A DNA stretch of 64,000 nt from an uncultured Trueperaceae bacterium (GCA_963799485.1 CAWCXJ010000006.1:672001-736000); one strand, 5' to 3'. Shown: positions 30,698 through 41,227, counted from the first letter of the stretch. A program made the numbers and translations. The notes: generated by a model from the letters alone, not told the origin.

Positions 30698-31822
30698 ATG
30701 ACGCCCCGCCCCACTACGGCTTCAGTTGAGCTTGGCAGCCCGAGCTCCAACAACCCGAGTCCCGGCAGCTCGAGCCCCAGTGATTCGAGCCCCAATAATC
30801 AGGGAGAAGCCGACTACGTAGGCTGTATTGCCGAAATCGCCCGGACCCTCGAGACCTGGAACGGCCCGGTCGTCCTCGCCACCCACGTCGATCCGGACGG
30901 CGACGCCTTAGGCAGCTCACTCGCGCTCAAACGGGCACTCGCGGTTTTGGGCAAAGAAACGCTGCTGCCTTGTACGCCGCCGCGTTACCTCGAGTTTCTC
31001 GCCGAACCCGGTGAACTTTCAGCGCCCCTCGAAGCGCTGCCGGACGGTGCGCTCGTCCTCGTCCTCGACGTCGAGGTAAGTAACCGGCTGGCGGGTGTAC
31101 CGGTCGTTGACACAGCGGTCACGGGCGCGGCCTTGACCGTCGTTCTAGACCACCACGGGACCAACAACCGCGCCGGCGACCTCGTGTGCGTACAACCGGG
31201 CAGCGCCGCGACCGCGCAGCTGGTCAAAGACGTTATCGACGCGCTGCCGCTGGCGTGGACACCCGAACTCGCGACGCCCTGCCTGACGGGTTTACTCACC
31301 GATACCGGCAACTTCCGCTATACCAACACGACCCCCGAGGTACTCCGCGCCGCCGCCGATTTGCTGATAGAGGGCGTCGACTACGCCGAACTCAACGACC
31401 GGCTGGCGTGGCGGCATCCCGACTATTTCCGGATGCTCGGCAAGGTGATGAGTACTGCCAGCTTCCCCTTTGGTGGCCTCGTCGCCTACGCCGAGATTAC
31501 CCGGGCGATGCGCGACGAAATCGGGCCGACCGACGACGACTCGAGCGACTACGTGGGGCTGATTCGTTACGCTGCGGGCAGCGTCGTGGCGCTTTTTTTA
31601 CGCGAAGAACCCCCTGAAAACGGGCAACCTAAAGTCAAGGTCTCGGTGCGCGCACGGCGCGGCGTCTCGGCGCAGGCCATCTGTGTGGCTTTAGGCGGCG
31701 GTGGACACGTCGCCGCCGCGGGCGCAACCTTGAGAGTCGGCTTGGAGGAGGCCAAGGCGCGAGTTTTGGAGGCTGTACGGGCAGAACTCGAGCGGGCGGG
31801 TTACGACGTACCGGCAACGTAA
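30698..31822 (+). CDS. nrnA: DHH-family phosphoesterase (NrnA-like nanoRNase/pAp phosphatase)
   Basis: HVDPDGDALGS, LDHH, TDTGNF, GGGGHVAAAG. Confidence 0.88.
   Translation: MTPRPTTASVELGSPSSNNPSPGSSSPSDSSPNNQGEADYVGCIAEIARTLETWNGPVVLATHVDPDGDALGSSLALKRALAVLGKETLLPCTPPRYLEFLAEPGELSAPLEALPDGALVLVLDVEVSNRLAGVPVVDTAVTGAALTVVLDHHGTNNRAGDLVCVQPGSAATAQLVKDVIDALPLAWTPELATPCLTGLLTDTGNFRYTNTTPEVLRAAADLLIEGVDYAELNDRLAWRHPDYFRMLGKVMSTASFPFGGLVAYAEITRAMRDEIGPTDDDSSDYVGLIRYAAGSVVALFLREEPPENGQPKVKVSVRARRGVSAQAICVALGGGGHVAAAGATLRVGLEEAKARVLEAVRAELERAGYDVPAT
30737..30796 (+). repeat. Four degenerate 15-bp tandem repeats in the nrnA 5' end
   Basis: agcccgagctccaac / aacccgagtcccggc / agctcgagccccagt / gattcgagccccaat. 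Confidence 0.7.
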
Positions 31823-31975
31823 CCGAAAAAGACAACCGGGTTACTTTGCTTGCACCGGTACGTTCGCCTTCACGTAAGGCGTTGCCTGATACGGTTGCCC
31901 AATACTACTGCCTGACACCGGCGTTTTACGCGCTTATTCTTGATTCTCAGTACCCAAAGACGACGGTCAAAACAG

Positions 31976-33145
31976 CTAAGACGGCCCGACAGCTTCCCTG
32001 GCAGTTTGGGCTACCTGCAACTGCTGTCGCGGCAACGCAAACCCGAAACGGCTCCCCTGACCGAGGCTACTCTCGAGCCATACACGCCCACCGTGCAGTT
32101 CGCAGAGGCGTTTGGCGAGCGCCAGCCCGAGACCGGCGCCGCTCTCGGCGCGCCCTTCGTGAGGGCTCACCCGGAAAAAAGGGTGAAAGATGTGCCGCAG
32201 ATCGTCCGGGCCGATACCGACGCCGTTATCGACGACTTCACAGCGAAACTCGTCCGCGTCCGTACTTAGCAAGACCTCGATACGCCCCCCGAGCGGCGTA
32301 AATTTTACCGCGTTCGAGAGGTACGCGCCTAAAATTTGCGCCAGTCTCGGTGCGTCGGCAAAGAGCGTCACGGACGCCTCACCTGAAACCTGAACGCTCA
32401 ACCCTCGCGCCTTCGCAGTTTCTCCGAGCCCGGTCAGCGCGCGTGTCAGCACCGTTTGAAACGAGACGTGCTCGCGGTAGAGTACCAGTTCACCGGACTC
32501 GAGCTGTGAGAGGTCGATAAGCCCTGCGACGAGCGTTACGAGCTGCGTACCGGACGTTTGAATCAGCGCCAGATAGTCGCGCTGCTTCGCGCTCAGCGCC
32601 GGGTCGTCTTCTAGCAGCTGGGCGTAGCCGATAACCGAGGTTAAAGGCGTGCGGAGTTCGTGCGAGACGGTCGCCAGAAATTCGCTTTTTACGCGGTTGG
32701 CTCGTTCCAGTTCACGGTTTTTGCGTTCTAGCTCGGCCTGGTAACGCCGCAGGGCGCTCTGCGTACTTCCCTGAACGCTTACCGTGCGAAGGGCGAGCAG
32801 CTCGAGCACCCGTCCGTTCCAACCGAGCGTGCGCGCGGCAAGCTCGGCGGCGACGTGTTTGCCGCCACGCAAGGTAGCGGTCGCTTCGTATAGTTGCGGC
32901 GATTCGGTTTTCGATTCCGGGGTAACAGCGTCAGCTACACTGCCCCCTGCGCCCTCATCGAGCTGAACAAAGCGCGCAAGCGGCCTGCCGCGCAGCTCTT
33001 CGGGCTCGTAGCCCAGATAACGAGCGAACGCCTCGTTTGCCGCTAAGATCACGCCTGCTTCGCAGACGGCGCTGCGCTCGAGGCTCAGCGCCAGAAGTTT
33101 TTGCAGCTCACGCATCCTTACAACGCCGTTTGCGCGGCGCAGCAC
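31976..33145 (-). CDS. Cytoplasmic PAS-domain sensor histidine kinase (orphan); start may be 33115
   Basis: PAS-like ANEAFARYLGY, H box SHELRTPL, N box SNAVKFT, DNGVGI, GLGLAL. Confidence 0.9.
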   Translation of the reverse strand: MLRRANGVVRMRELQKLLALSLERSAVCEAGVILAANEAFARYLGYEPEELRGRPLARFVQLDEGAGGSVADAVTPESKTESPQLYEATATLRGGKHVAAELAARTLGWNGRVLELLALRTVSVQGSTQSALRRYQAELERKNRELERANRVKSEFLATVSHELRTPLTSVIGYAQLLEDDPALSAKQRDYLALIQTSGTQLVTLVAGLIDLSQLESGELVLYREHVSFQTVLTRALTGLGETAKARGLSVQVSGEASVTLFADAPRLAQILGAYLSNAVKFTPLGGRIEVLLSTDADEFRCEVVDNGVGIGPDDLRHIFHPFFRVSPHEGRAESGAGLGLALAKRLCELHGGRVWLESSLGQGSRFGFALPRQQLQVAQTAREAVGPS

Positions 33146-33369
33146 CTGCCGACTCGGGGAACGTTTGGAGGGAACAGGTCATCATTTGCGGGTAGTATAA
33201 ACCGTTTACGGGGGATAGTAAGGGGCAGATGTCGCAAGTCTTTGCGACGCCCGCCGCAGGCTTCAGGCGGGCGCGCGTTCAGGAGAGCCCGTACCGATAC
33301 CGGACGTCGGCTACAGCCGGGTGTACCTATACGTTGAGTCGGCGTTCACGCACCCTGTACATTGGTGGG

Positions 33370-34353
33370 ATGGACATACCGACGGGGCTCGAGCCCGCTC
33401 CCAACATCTCGCCTGCCGCCACCGCACCCGGTGACACCTTACCTAGCGACAGTATGGCTGGCAACACCCTTACACCCGGCACCGCCGACGAAACGTTTTA
33501 CGGCGTCCCCAAAACGATCTGGATCATGTGGGTGCAAGGTCTAGCCGCTGCGCCCCCGGTCGTCAAAGCGTGTCACGACTCGTGGCGACAGCTCAACCCG
33601 GACTGGAACGTCGTGTTCCTCGACGAAACGAATCTGGAGCATTATCTCGGTGCAGGCTTTTTAAGCCGTTACCGGGGCGTCGCGCAGCAGGCGTTTTCCG
33701 ACCTGGTAAGGATCAATCTGCTCGCGCGCTACGGCGGTATCTGGACAGACGCGACCTGCTACTGCCAGCGCCCGTTGGCGGACTGGTTGGGTGACAAGCT
33801 GACCTCGGGTTTTTTTGCCTTTGCCTGGACGGGCGACACTTACCGGGTTGCGCGCGAGCTGAGCATGTGGTTTTTGGCCTCGAGCCGGGGCAACCAGCTG
33901 GTGCAAGGGTGGCGCGACGCGGCCAACAGCTACTGGGCGCATAATCCTAACCTCAAACGCCGCCCCAAGGTGGGCCGTTACTTCGAGTGGCTGAGCCGAA
34001 GCCCGCGCACAACGCAGTACTGGTTCTCGTACCCGCTGACCAAAGTCTTTAAGATTTACCCGTACTTCTGGATGTCGTTTTTGTTTAACGACGTGATCCG
34101 CCGCGACGCGCGCGCACGGCAGATTTGGCAAGCCACCCCGAAGCTCGACACCGAGGTGCCGCACCACATCAAACGCGTCGGGCAGCTGAGTCCACTTACC
34201 GCGTCCCTCAAAGAAGAGATAGACGCCCGGCAGGTACCCATGTACAAGCTCAACTGGCGGTATAACGAGGTGGATTATACCGAAACCAGCGTGCTTCACT
34301 ACCTGCTCTCGAGCGGCACCGTGCAGTCTCAAGCAGCAGCTAGCAGCGATTAG
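33370..34353 (+). CDS. Capsular polysaccharide synthesis protein (Caps_synth/GT32-like glycosyltransferase)
   Basis: KTIWIMWVQG, SDLVRINLLARYGGIWTDAT, WFLAS, YFW, YKLNWR. Confidence 0.82.
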   Translation: MDIPTGLEPAPNISPAATAPGDTLPSDSMAGNTLTPGTADETFYGVPKTIWIMWVQGLAAAPPVVKACHDSWRQLNPDWNVVFLDETNLEHYLGAGFLSRYRGVAQQAFSDLVRINLLARYGGIWTDATCYCQRPLADWLGDKLTSGFFAFAWTGDTYRVARELSMWFLASSRGNQLVQGWRDAANSYWAHNPNLKRRPKVGRYFEWLSRSPRTTQYWFSYPLTKVFKIYPYFWMSFLFNDVIRRDARARQIWQATPKLDTEVPHHIKRVGQLSPLTASLKEEIDARQVPMYKLNWRYNEVDYTETSVLHYLLSSGTVQSQAAASSD

Positions 34354-34418
34354 CTGGGTCGGCCTCGAGCGGCGTGCTAGCATGAACGCCCGGAGAGGGT
34401 GGCCAGGGTGATTTAACT

Positions 34419-36101
34419 ATGCAAACAAACTACATCTTCATCACGGGCGGGGTCGTTTCGTCTTTGGGCAAGGGGATTGCGAGCTCGAGTATCGGCGCGC
34501 TCTTACGCGCTCGGGGCTACCGTGTCACCGCCGTAAAAATCGACCCCTATATCAACGTAGACGCCGGAACCATGCGCCCCTACGAACACGGCGAGGTCTT
34601 TGTCACCCAAGACGGGGCCGAGACCGACCTCGATTTGGGGACGTATGAGCGCTTTTTGGACGTGCCGATGAGCCGCGCGAACAACGTCACCACCGGGCAA
34701 ATCTATCAGAGCGTGATCGAAAAAGAGCGGCGCGGCGAATACCTGTCGCAAACCGTGCAGGTCATCCCGCACGTCACCGACGAGATCAAAGCCCGCATCT
34801 ACGACGCAGGACGAGCAGCCAACGCCGAAATCGTCTTGGTCGAAGTGGGCGGGACGGTCGGCGACATCGAGTCTTTGCCCTTTTTAGAGGCGATTCGGCA
34901 ACTCCGTTTCGAGGTCGGCTTCGAGCACTGCGTCTACCTGCACGTCACGCTGCTGCCCTTTTTAGGCACGAGCGAAGAGTTCAAGACCAAGCCCACGCAG
35001 CATTCGGTGGCGACGCTCCGCAGCGTCGGCGTGCAACCCGACGGCATTATTTTACGTTCAACCAGTCCCGTCCCCGACGAAGTGAGGACGAAAATCGCTT
35101 TATTCACCAACGTCGAGGCGAGAGACGTGTTTAACTCGTTCGATACCGAGTTTATCTACGCCGTACCGGAAATCTTGGAGCAGCAGGGGATCGGGCGGTT
35201 TTTAGAAAGGCGGCTGGGGCTCGAGAAAGGCACCCCCGAACTGAGGGCGTGGCACGAAGCCGTCCGGATTTTACGCGAACCCGAAGAACACGTCGTCATC
35301 GGTATCGTCGGCAAATACGTCGCCATGCCCGACGCCTATTTGAGCCTGGTGGAAGCCCTGAAGCACGCCGGCATCGCCAACCGCGCCCGCGTGGAGCTGC
35401 GCTGGATCAACGCCGAAGAGGTCTTGGGCGACGATCTGAGCGCCCTCGCTGGACTGGACGGGATTCTCGTGCCGGGCGGGTTCGGCGTGCGGGGCATCGA
35501 GGGCAAGGTGCGAGCGGCGACCTACGCCCGTAAGCAGGGCGCGCCTTACTTGGGTATCTGTCTGGGGATGCAGGTTGCCGTGATTGAATACGCCCGGAAC
35601 GTCGCAGGCCTAAAGGCCGCCAATTCGACCGAGTTCGACCCCTATACGCCCGACCCGGTGATCGATCTGATGCCTGAACAGATTGACCTCGCCGAGATGG
35701 GCGGAACGATGCGCCTCGGCGACTGGCCGATGCAGGTCACGCCGGGAACGAAGCTTGCCGAGCTTTATGCGGGCCGGTTGAACGGTGAGGGGGTGGTGTT
35801 CGAGCGTCACCGTCACCGTTTCGAGGTCAACCCGAAGTACGTTGAGGTTTTGCAAGCTGCGGGGCTTACGGTTTCCGGCGTCACGCCGGGGATGCAGGGG
35901 CGCGGCGCGGGCTTGGTCGAGGCCATTGAACTGCCCGAGCATCCATTTTTTGTCGGTTTGCAGTCGCACCCCGAGTTCGGGACGCGGTTGATGCGGGCGT
36001 CGCCCCCCTTCAGAGGCTTTATCGAGGCGGCGGTCGGGTATCAAAGCGCACGCAACCGTCAGGCTGAGACGACCCGTGAAAGAGGTCAAAGCTTAGCGTG
36101 A
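34419..36101 (+). CDS. pyrG: CTP synthase
   Basis: GGVVSSLGKG, KTKPTQHSV, GICLGMQ, RHRHRFEVN, QSHPE. Confidence 0.98.
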   Translation: MQTNYIFITGGVVSSLGKGIASSSIGALLRARGYRVTAVKIDPYINVDAGTMRPYEHGEVFVTQDGAETDLDLGTYERFLDVPMSRANNVTTGQIYQSVIEKERRGEYLSQTVQVIPHVTDEIKARIYDAGRAANAEIVLVEVGGTVGDIESLPFLEAIRQLRFEVGFEHCVYLHVTLLPFLGTSEEFKTKPTQHSVATLRSVGVQPDGIILRSTSPVPDEVRTKIALFTNVEARDVFNSFDTEFIYAVPEILEQQGIGRFLERRLGLEKGTPELRAWHEAVRILREPEEHVVIGIVGKYVAMPDAYLSLVEALKHAGIANRARVELRWINAEEVLGDDLSALAGLDGILVPGGFGVRGIEGKVRAATYARKQGAPYLGICLGMQVAVIEYARNVAGLKAANSTEFDPYTPDPVIDLMPEQIDLAEMGGTMRLGDWPMQVTPGTKLAELYAGRLNGEGVVFERHRHRFEVNPKYVEVLQAAGLTVSGVTPGMQGRGAGLVEAIELPEHPFFVGLQSHPEFGTRLMRASPPFRGFIEAAVGYQSARNRQAETTRERGQSLA

Positions 36102-36748
36102 ACGCCGTAAATGACAGATCAACCCTCGTGATCGGTCTGGCGGGCGGGACAGGTTCGGGTAAGACGACGGTTTCAGAGGCTATCCGGCGGGCTGCCGGAG
36201 CAGCTAACCTCGTTGTGCTACCCCAAGACGCTTATTATCAAGCTCAGACCGAGCTGCCGCTTGAAATCCGCTCAAAGACCAACTACGACGAACCGAGCGC
36301 TTTTGACACCGCGCTACTTGTGGCTCAGCTCGGCGCGCTTTTACGCGGTGAGCCTATCAAACGGCCCGTGTACGACTTTACCAACCACAACCGTTCGGAA
36401 GAGACGGTGGGGCTCGAGCCCCAACCCGTCATCGTCGTCGAAGGGATTCTGGTTTTGCACGAACCCTCGCTACGCGAACGTTTTGACCTCAGCGTATTTG
36501 TCGACGCGCCGCCCGACGAGCGCTTTATCCGGCGTTTGGAGCGCGACGTGAGCGAAAGGGGCCGGAGCGCCGAAAGCGTGATTGAGCAGTACCGCCGCAG
36601 CGTCAAGCCGATGCACGACCTGTTTGTCGAACCGACTAAAGCGCACGCGAACCTGATCTTGCCCGAGGGTGGCAACAACAAAATCGCGTTAGAGGTGCTG
36701 AGTACGTTTGTCTCGAGCTTCGTTGCAGCTACAGCCCGTGCGCGTTAA
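36098..36748 (+). CDS. udk: Uridine kinase
   Basis: GGTGSGKTT, QDAYY, NYDEPSAFD, IVVEGIL, RRLERD, VKPMH. Confidence 0.95.
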   Translation: MNAVNDRSTLVIGLAGGTGSGKTTVSEAIRRAAGAANLVVLPQDAYYQAQTELPLEIRSKTNYDEPSAFDTALLVAQLGALLRGEPIKRPVYDFTNHNRSEETVGLEPQPVIVVEGILVLHEPSLRERFDLSVFVDAPPDERFIRRLERDVSERGRSAESVIEQYRRSVKPMHDLFVEPTKAHANLILPEGGNNKIALEVLSTFVSSFVAATARAR

Positions 36749-38567
36749 GGCTATCCGGTCAGCCCTTTGGGGAATTATTCTTCTGAGTTTGATACCGGGC
36801 GGGTGGCTGGCGTGGCAACGGATTCAAACCGAAGAAGACAGCATTAGCGTCACCCTGCTGCTGGATGAACGCGCCCTGGCGGAGCAGGCCGCTTACGAAG
36901 GGGTAAACCCGTTTGCGCTGGCAACCCGGTATCAAAAGGCGGGGCTTAACGGGATTGCGGTGTACGAAGAAACCTTGGAGACACTCGCCGAAGCGGGCAA
37001 AATCGCGCTTCTAACCGGTGCAGACGCACGGGCCGAAGCACTTTTACGGGGCGAACGCCCGAATATCCCACCGAACAGTCTACTTGTCCGGGCCATAGAA
37101 CCCGGCGCTTTAGCCGGCGCACTCGCCAAAAACCGCCCGGAACCGCAAACGGTGAGGCTTGCCGAGATGCGCTGGTACGTTTTTAGCGAACCCAACGCCG
37201 GAGACCGCGCCGGGGCGCAGCGTCCGGCGGGGCCGAACCGGGCGCAGCTGAGGCAATACCAACAGGCGGGCTGGGACGTCGCTTACCGCCCGGTGAACTA
37301 TCCAAATCTCGTCAACGTCGGACAGGACTTCCCGAACGTCAACTATCTGATTCATGAAGGGCTCGAGGTCGCCGGAAACCCGGACAGTTTGAGCGAAACC
37401 GCCCAAGTCTCACAGGCTTACCTGACCGGCCTCATCGAAGGCACCGACCAGGCCGGGATGCGGGCTATCAGCAGCAAGGTGCCGCTGGCGCGGGTGTTTA
37501 GCATCTCGCAGGAGTGGCTCAATACGTTGCAACCCCAAACCGTCGCCGACAAATACTTGCTGGCCGCCAACGAACGCGGCGCGCGGCTTCTTTACCTGCG
37601 GCCCTATACCGACGAGACGGTCGGTGATATGCGTGAAAATACCGAGGCTTTGGTACGGGCGGTGAGAACGGGTCTCGAGGCTGAAGGCTACCGTATCGGC
37701 CCGGTCGAAGCTTTAACTTACAGCAGCTCTCCTCCGCTCCGCGTCCTTTCCGGCGTCGGCATCGTCGCGGGTCTCGGCGTTTTGGCGATGCTCTACCCTG
37801 GTTTTTGGGGTGTATCGGTTGCGCTCGGTGTGTCGGGTCTCGGCGTGCTCGCGGGCGGCCTCAGCTGGGGCGCGTTGGCACTTACGGCGGCCCTGAGCTT
37901 CCCGGTACTCGGGTATGCACTTTTGCCCAACCGACTCTGGAGCTTATTCGGCGCGGTGGGTCTGAGTCTGGTCGGGTCGACGCTTTTGGCGGCGGTCGGC
38001 AGCGAACGCAACACGCTGCTGGCGGTGACACCTTTTGCCGGGGTTGCCGCGACGCTGGTGGTTCCCCCGGCGCTGTTTCTCTTTTTCGTGATGCTCCGTG
38101 AACGCTCCCCGGCGGCGTGGGTACGCGAGTTTTGGGCGCGACCCATCCGTTTGGGTGATGTGGCGCTCGTTCTCGTCGGTCTGGTCGGGCTGGCGTTCGT
38201 GCTGTTACGGCGCGGTAACTTTCCGGTTATCGGCGCAAGCGAGGTCGAGTTGGGGCTGCGGGCGCTCTTGTCGGACTACTTCGCACGGCCCCGCTTCAAA
38301 GAACTCATCGGGCATCCGCTGGCAGTTTTGGCGCTTCTCAACCCGCTCTGGCCCCGGTGGATACGCGGGCTGCTCTTGACGGTCGGGGTGGTGGCACTCT
38401 CGAGCATCGTCAACTCGTTTAGCCACTACCACACGCCGCTCCTGATTTCTTTTGAGCGCACCGTCGTTGCGCTCGTGTTGGGTCTTATCATCGGGCTGAT
38501 TCTGAACCTCATCGTGCGGGTTGTGGTTCGGGGGGTCTCTCTGTGGCTCACGCGCAGCGCAGCTTAA
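36738..38567 (+). CDS. DUF5693-family membrane protein (csaB-associated)
   Basis: AANERGARLLYLRP, RRGN, RPRFKELIGHP, SIVNSFSHYHTPL; multi-TM C terminus; adjacent to csaB. Confidence 0.75.
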   Translation: MRVKAIRSALWGIILLSLIPGGWLAWQRIQTEEDSISVTLLLDERALAEQAAYEGVNPFALATRYQKAGLNGIAVYEETLETLAEAGKIALLTGADARAEALLRGERPNIPPNSLLVRAIEPGALAGALAKNRPEPQTVRLAEMRWYVFSEPNAGDRAGAQRPAGPNRAQLRQYQQAGWDVAYRPVNYPNLVNVGQDFPNVNYLIHEGLEVAGNPDSLSETAQVSQAYLTGLIEGTDQAGMRAISSKVPLARVFSISQEWLNTLQPQTVADKYLLAANERGARLLYLRPYTDETVGDMRENTEALVRAVRTGLEAEGYRIGPVEALTYSSSPPLRVLSGVGIVAGLGVLAMLYPGFWGVSVALGVSGLGVLAGGLSWGALALTAALSFPVLGYALLPNRLWSLFGAVGLSLVGSTLLAAVGSERNTLLAVTPFAGVAATLVVPPALFLFFVMLRERSPAAWVREFWARPIRLGDVALVLVGLVGLAFVLLRRGNFPVIGASEVELGLRALLSDYFARPRFKELIGHPLAVLALLNPLWPRWIRGLLLTVGVVALSSIVNSFSHYHTPLLISFERTVVALVLGLIIGLILNLIVRVVVRGVSLWLTRSAA

Positions 38568-38575
38568 GAAGACAC

Positions 38576-39580
38576 TTGAAGATTCTTGTAAGCGGCTACT
38601 ACGGCTTCGGCAATCTGGGCGACGAGGCGCTGCTCTCAGGTATTTTAGGCGGCCTTGGTAAAGAACATGTAACAGTTTTATCTAAACGTCCAAGCGAAAC
38701 TAAGGCGCTTCACAACGTCGCTGCGACGCACCGCCTCACCGGGTTCACCAGTCTTTTCGCTTGCGACGCGCTCATTTCGGGCGGCGGCGGGTTGCTGCAA
38801 GACAAGACGAGTATGCGGAGCTTGCAGTATTATCTAAGCGTTATCGGACTTGCCAAACGTCTCGGTAAACGGGTCGTCATTTACGGTCAATCGGTCGGCC
38901 CGCTGAGCGAAAAGGGAGAACAGGCAGTTGCCAAAACCCTGCGCGGGTTGCCGGTTGCAGTGCGGGACAAACCTTCGCAAGAACTGTTAGCCCGCTTGGG
39001 CATCTCTGCAACGCTCGTCGCCGACCCTGCTCTACTGCTTTCCAAACCTGCCCGTAAACCTGAAGAAAATGCCCCGGTGCTCTTTATTCCGCGCGGCGGT
39101 CTGCCCGAAACGACCACCGCCTTTATTCAGGTCGCCCGCACCCTGCACGCCGAGGGCGTTTCACTGGCAGGTCTGGCGTTGCAACCGGATGAGGACGAAG
39201 CGCCGCTTGAGCAGCTCACCAGCGCTGTTCCCGCCGTAAAAAAGCTTTCTGCAACGACGCCGGCAGCGGCGCTCGAGTACGTCGCCGGCAGCCGTTACGT
39301 CATCTCCGCGAGGCTTCACGGACTCATCTTTGCAGCGCGGGCCGAACGCCCTCTGAGCGGGGTCGCTTACGACCCGAAAGTGGGGGCATTTTTAGAAGCA
39401 CTGGGCTGCCCCGTCCATCCGGTAAATCCCGACCCGGAGGCGTTACATCACGAGGTGCGTCACCCGCACTTTGATGCGGCAAGAGCAGCGGCGCTGAGGG
39501 CCGGGGCCGAAGACGGCCTGAGCTGGCTAAGATGCGAACTAGCTAGACCGCCAAATCTGCCGAACCTGAACGGGCGCTAG
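38576..39580 (+). CDS. csaB: Polysaccharide pyruvyl transferase CsaB
   Basis: SGYYGFGNLGDEA, GGGGLLQDKTS, GQSVGPL, VRD, RLHGLI, YDPKV. Confidence 0.92.
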   Translation: MKILVSGYYGFGNLGDEALLSGILGGLGKEHVTVLSKRPSETKALHNVAATHRLTGFTSLFACDALISGGGGLLQDKTSMRSLQYYLSVIGLAKRLGKRVVIYGQSVGPLSEKGEQAVAKTLRGLPVAVRDKPSQELLARLGISATLVADPALLLSKPARKPEENAPVLFIPRGGLPETTTAFIQVARTLHAEGVSLAGLALQPDEDEAPLEQLTSAVPAVKKLSATTPAAALEYVAGSRYVISARLHGLIFAARAERPLSGVAYDPKVGAFLEALGCPVHPVNPDPEALHHEVRHPHFDAARAAALRAGAEDGLSWLRCELARPPNLPNLNGR

Positions 39581-39626
39581 CACGTCTTTCAAACCTCGCC
39601 TCACCCGGATGCGCTAAGCTGCAGAG

Positions 39627-40424
39627 GTGAAGCGGCTCCTCACTTTTGGGTTTGGCCTCGGTTTGGGTGTGTTCGGCGCAGCTTGGGCGCAGGGCGACCC
39701 CGCTACCGCCCTCAGAGAGCTGCTCGGGAGTGGCTACTACGCCCTCGCCGCACAGGTCGAGGGGCCGAGGGCCGTACAAACTGCCCCGCAAAACGCCGAA
39801 GCACACCTGCTCTACGCGCGGGCGCTTTACCTTGTCGGCAACCTGAGCGCGGCCCGGACGCAGCTCGAGCAGGCCAAAACGCTCTCGACAACTCAGCCAG
39901 CAAGCCAGCCAGCAACTCAGCAAGTACGCCGTTCGGTCACGCACCTAGACGCGCTTATAAGGGCAGCGCAGGGCGACGCAGCGCGCGCCACCCGGCTTTT
40001 AGAAAGGGTATTCAAGGCGGCACCCGACTATCAAGTAGCGATGGACTGGGGTCAGGTGGCGTGGCAGAGCGGTGATTTGGGGAAGGCGTTACGCGCTTAC
40101 CGCGCGGCGGCAGCGACGCCCGCGGGTCAAACAGAGCCGTGGCCCACCCTCAACATCGCACGGCTACTGCTCCAACAAGGACGCTACGAAGCTGCCCTGA
40201 CTCCCCTCGAGGCCACCCTTACCCGCCTCGAGCAAGATGCCACCGGGCAAGCTGCCAGCCTGCGCCCCTCGCCGGCCTATCCGGAAGTCTTTTACCGTCT
40301 CGGTCAAGCGCACGAAGCCTTGGGCGAGGTGCAGGAGGCCGTTTCGAACTATCAAGCTGCGCGCAGCGCCGACCCCGCTTACACGCCCGCAGCCGACGCG
40401 CTGGCACGGCTCGACCAACCCTAG
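39627..40424 (+). CDS. Exported tetratricopeptide-repeat protein
   Basis: Signal peptide (AWA-Q); TPR-like helices AEAHLLYARALY, YRLGQAHEALG. Confidence 0.8.
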   Translation: MKRLLTFGFGLGLGVFGAAWAQGDPATALRELLGSGYYALAAQVEGPRAVQTAPQNAEAHLLYARALYLVGNLSAARTQLEQAKTLSTTQPASQPATQQVRRSVTHLDALIRAAQGDAARATRLLERVFKAAPDYQVAMDWGQVAWQSGDLGKALRAYRAAAATPAGQTEPWPTLNIARLLLQQGRYEAALTPLEATLTRLEQDATGQAASLRPSPAYPEVFYRLGQAHEALGEVQEAVSNYQAARSADPAYTPAADALARLDQP

Positions 40425-40549
40425 AGTGGCACGGCACGCAAAGTGTAGGGTTTACCACTTATCTAACAGCGCCGTATCCGTGATACTATACTTTACTGAG
40501 TAGCACCCGGCCTGGGGCAACAGGGGTGCCGACAGAAGGAGGCCCCGAT

Positions 40550-41227
40550 ATGCTGAGCATCACCGAACACATTTCCGAAGGCGACTGCGACACCCCCGAG
40601 GTCGTACCGAGTACGCTCGCCCACCCGACCCGAATGCTCGAGCCCGGCGCACTTCTTTACGAAGCAGGCCGCGAGGCAAGTTCGCTTTACATCGTCAACA
40701 GCGGCGTCTTAAAGGCCGTCGTCCCGACTTCACTGGGCCGCGACCGCATCGCCGACTTGCACGGCCCCGGCGACGTGTTGGGGCTCGCAGCTATCGACGG
40801 TGGTACCCACGCCGAAACCGTTCAAGCCGTTCACGACGCCTGTCTGACCCCACTCGACCCGCAGCAGGCGCTGAACGACCGGCGTTTGCGCGACTATATT
40901 TTTCACAGCATGGCCCGGCAGCTCCGCCGTAGCCGTGAAGCCATCGACGACGCCGAACTCCCGGTCGGTGCCCGCGTGACCCGCACCTTCTTGCGCTTGA
41001 CCGAACGTTTCGGTCAGGGCGCGGACAGTGGTGAAGGCGTCAAGCTGCCCCTCGCCCTGACGCATGAAGATTTGGCTTCGCTTACGGGTTCATCTCGCGT
41101 CACCATCACCCGAATTTTGGGCGAGTTACGCCAAGAAGGGGCTTTGTCCGGTACCCGCGGCGTTTACGTCGCCAACCCGAGAAATCTCGAGGCCGCTACC
41201 GACAACTACGTGATGCAGGTCATCTAG
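40550..41227 (+). CDS. Crp/Fnr-family transcriptional regulator
   Basis: AGGAGG RBS; cNMP-binding-like LYIVNSGVLK..GPGDVLG; HTH LTHEDLASLTGSSRVTITRIL. Confidence 0.92.
   Translation: MLSITEHISEGDCDTPEVVPSTLAHPTRMLEPGALLYEAGREASSLYIVNSGVLKAVVPTSLGRDRIADLHGPGDVLGLAAIDGGTHAETVQAVHDACLTPLDPQQALNDRRLRDYIFHSMARQLRRSREAIDDAELPVGARVTRTFLRLTERFGQGADSGEGVKLPLALTHEDLASLTGSSRVTITRILGELRQEGALSGTRGVYVANPRNLEAATDNYVMQVI

Noticed and set aside
40440..40500. Crp autoregulatory site
   Set aside because: Best match TGTAG-N6-CCACT is too degenerate from TGTGA-N6-TCACA to support
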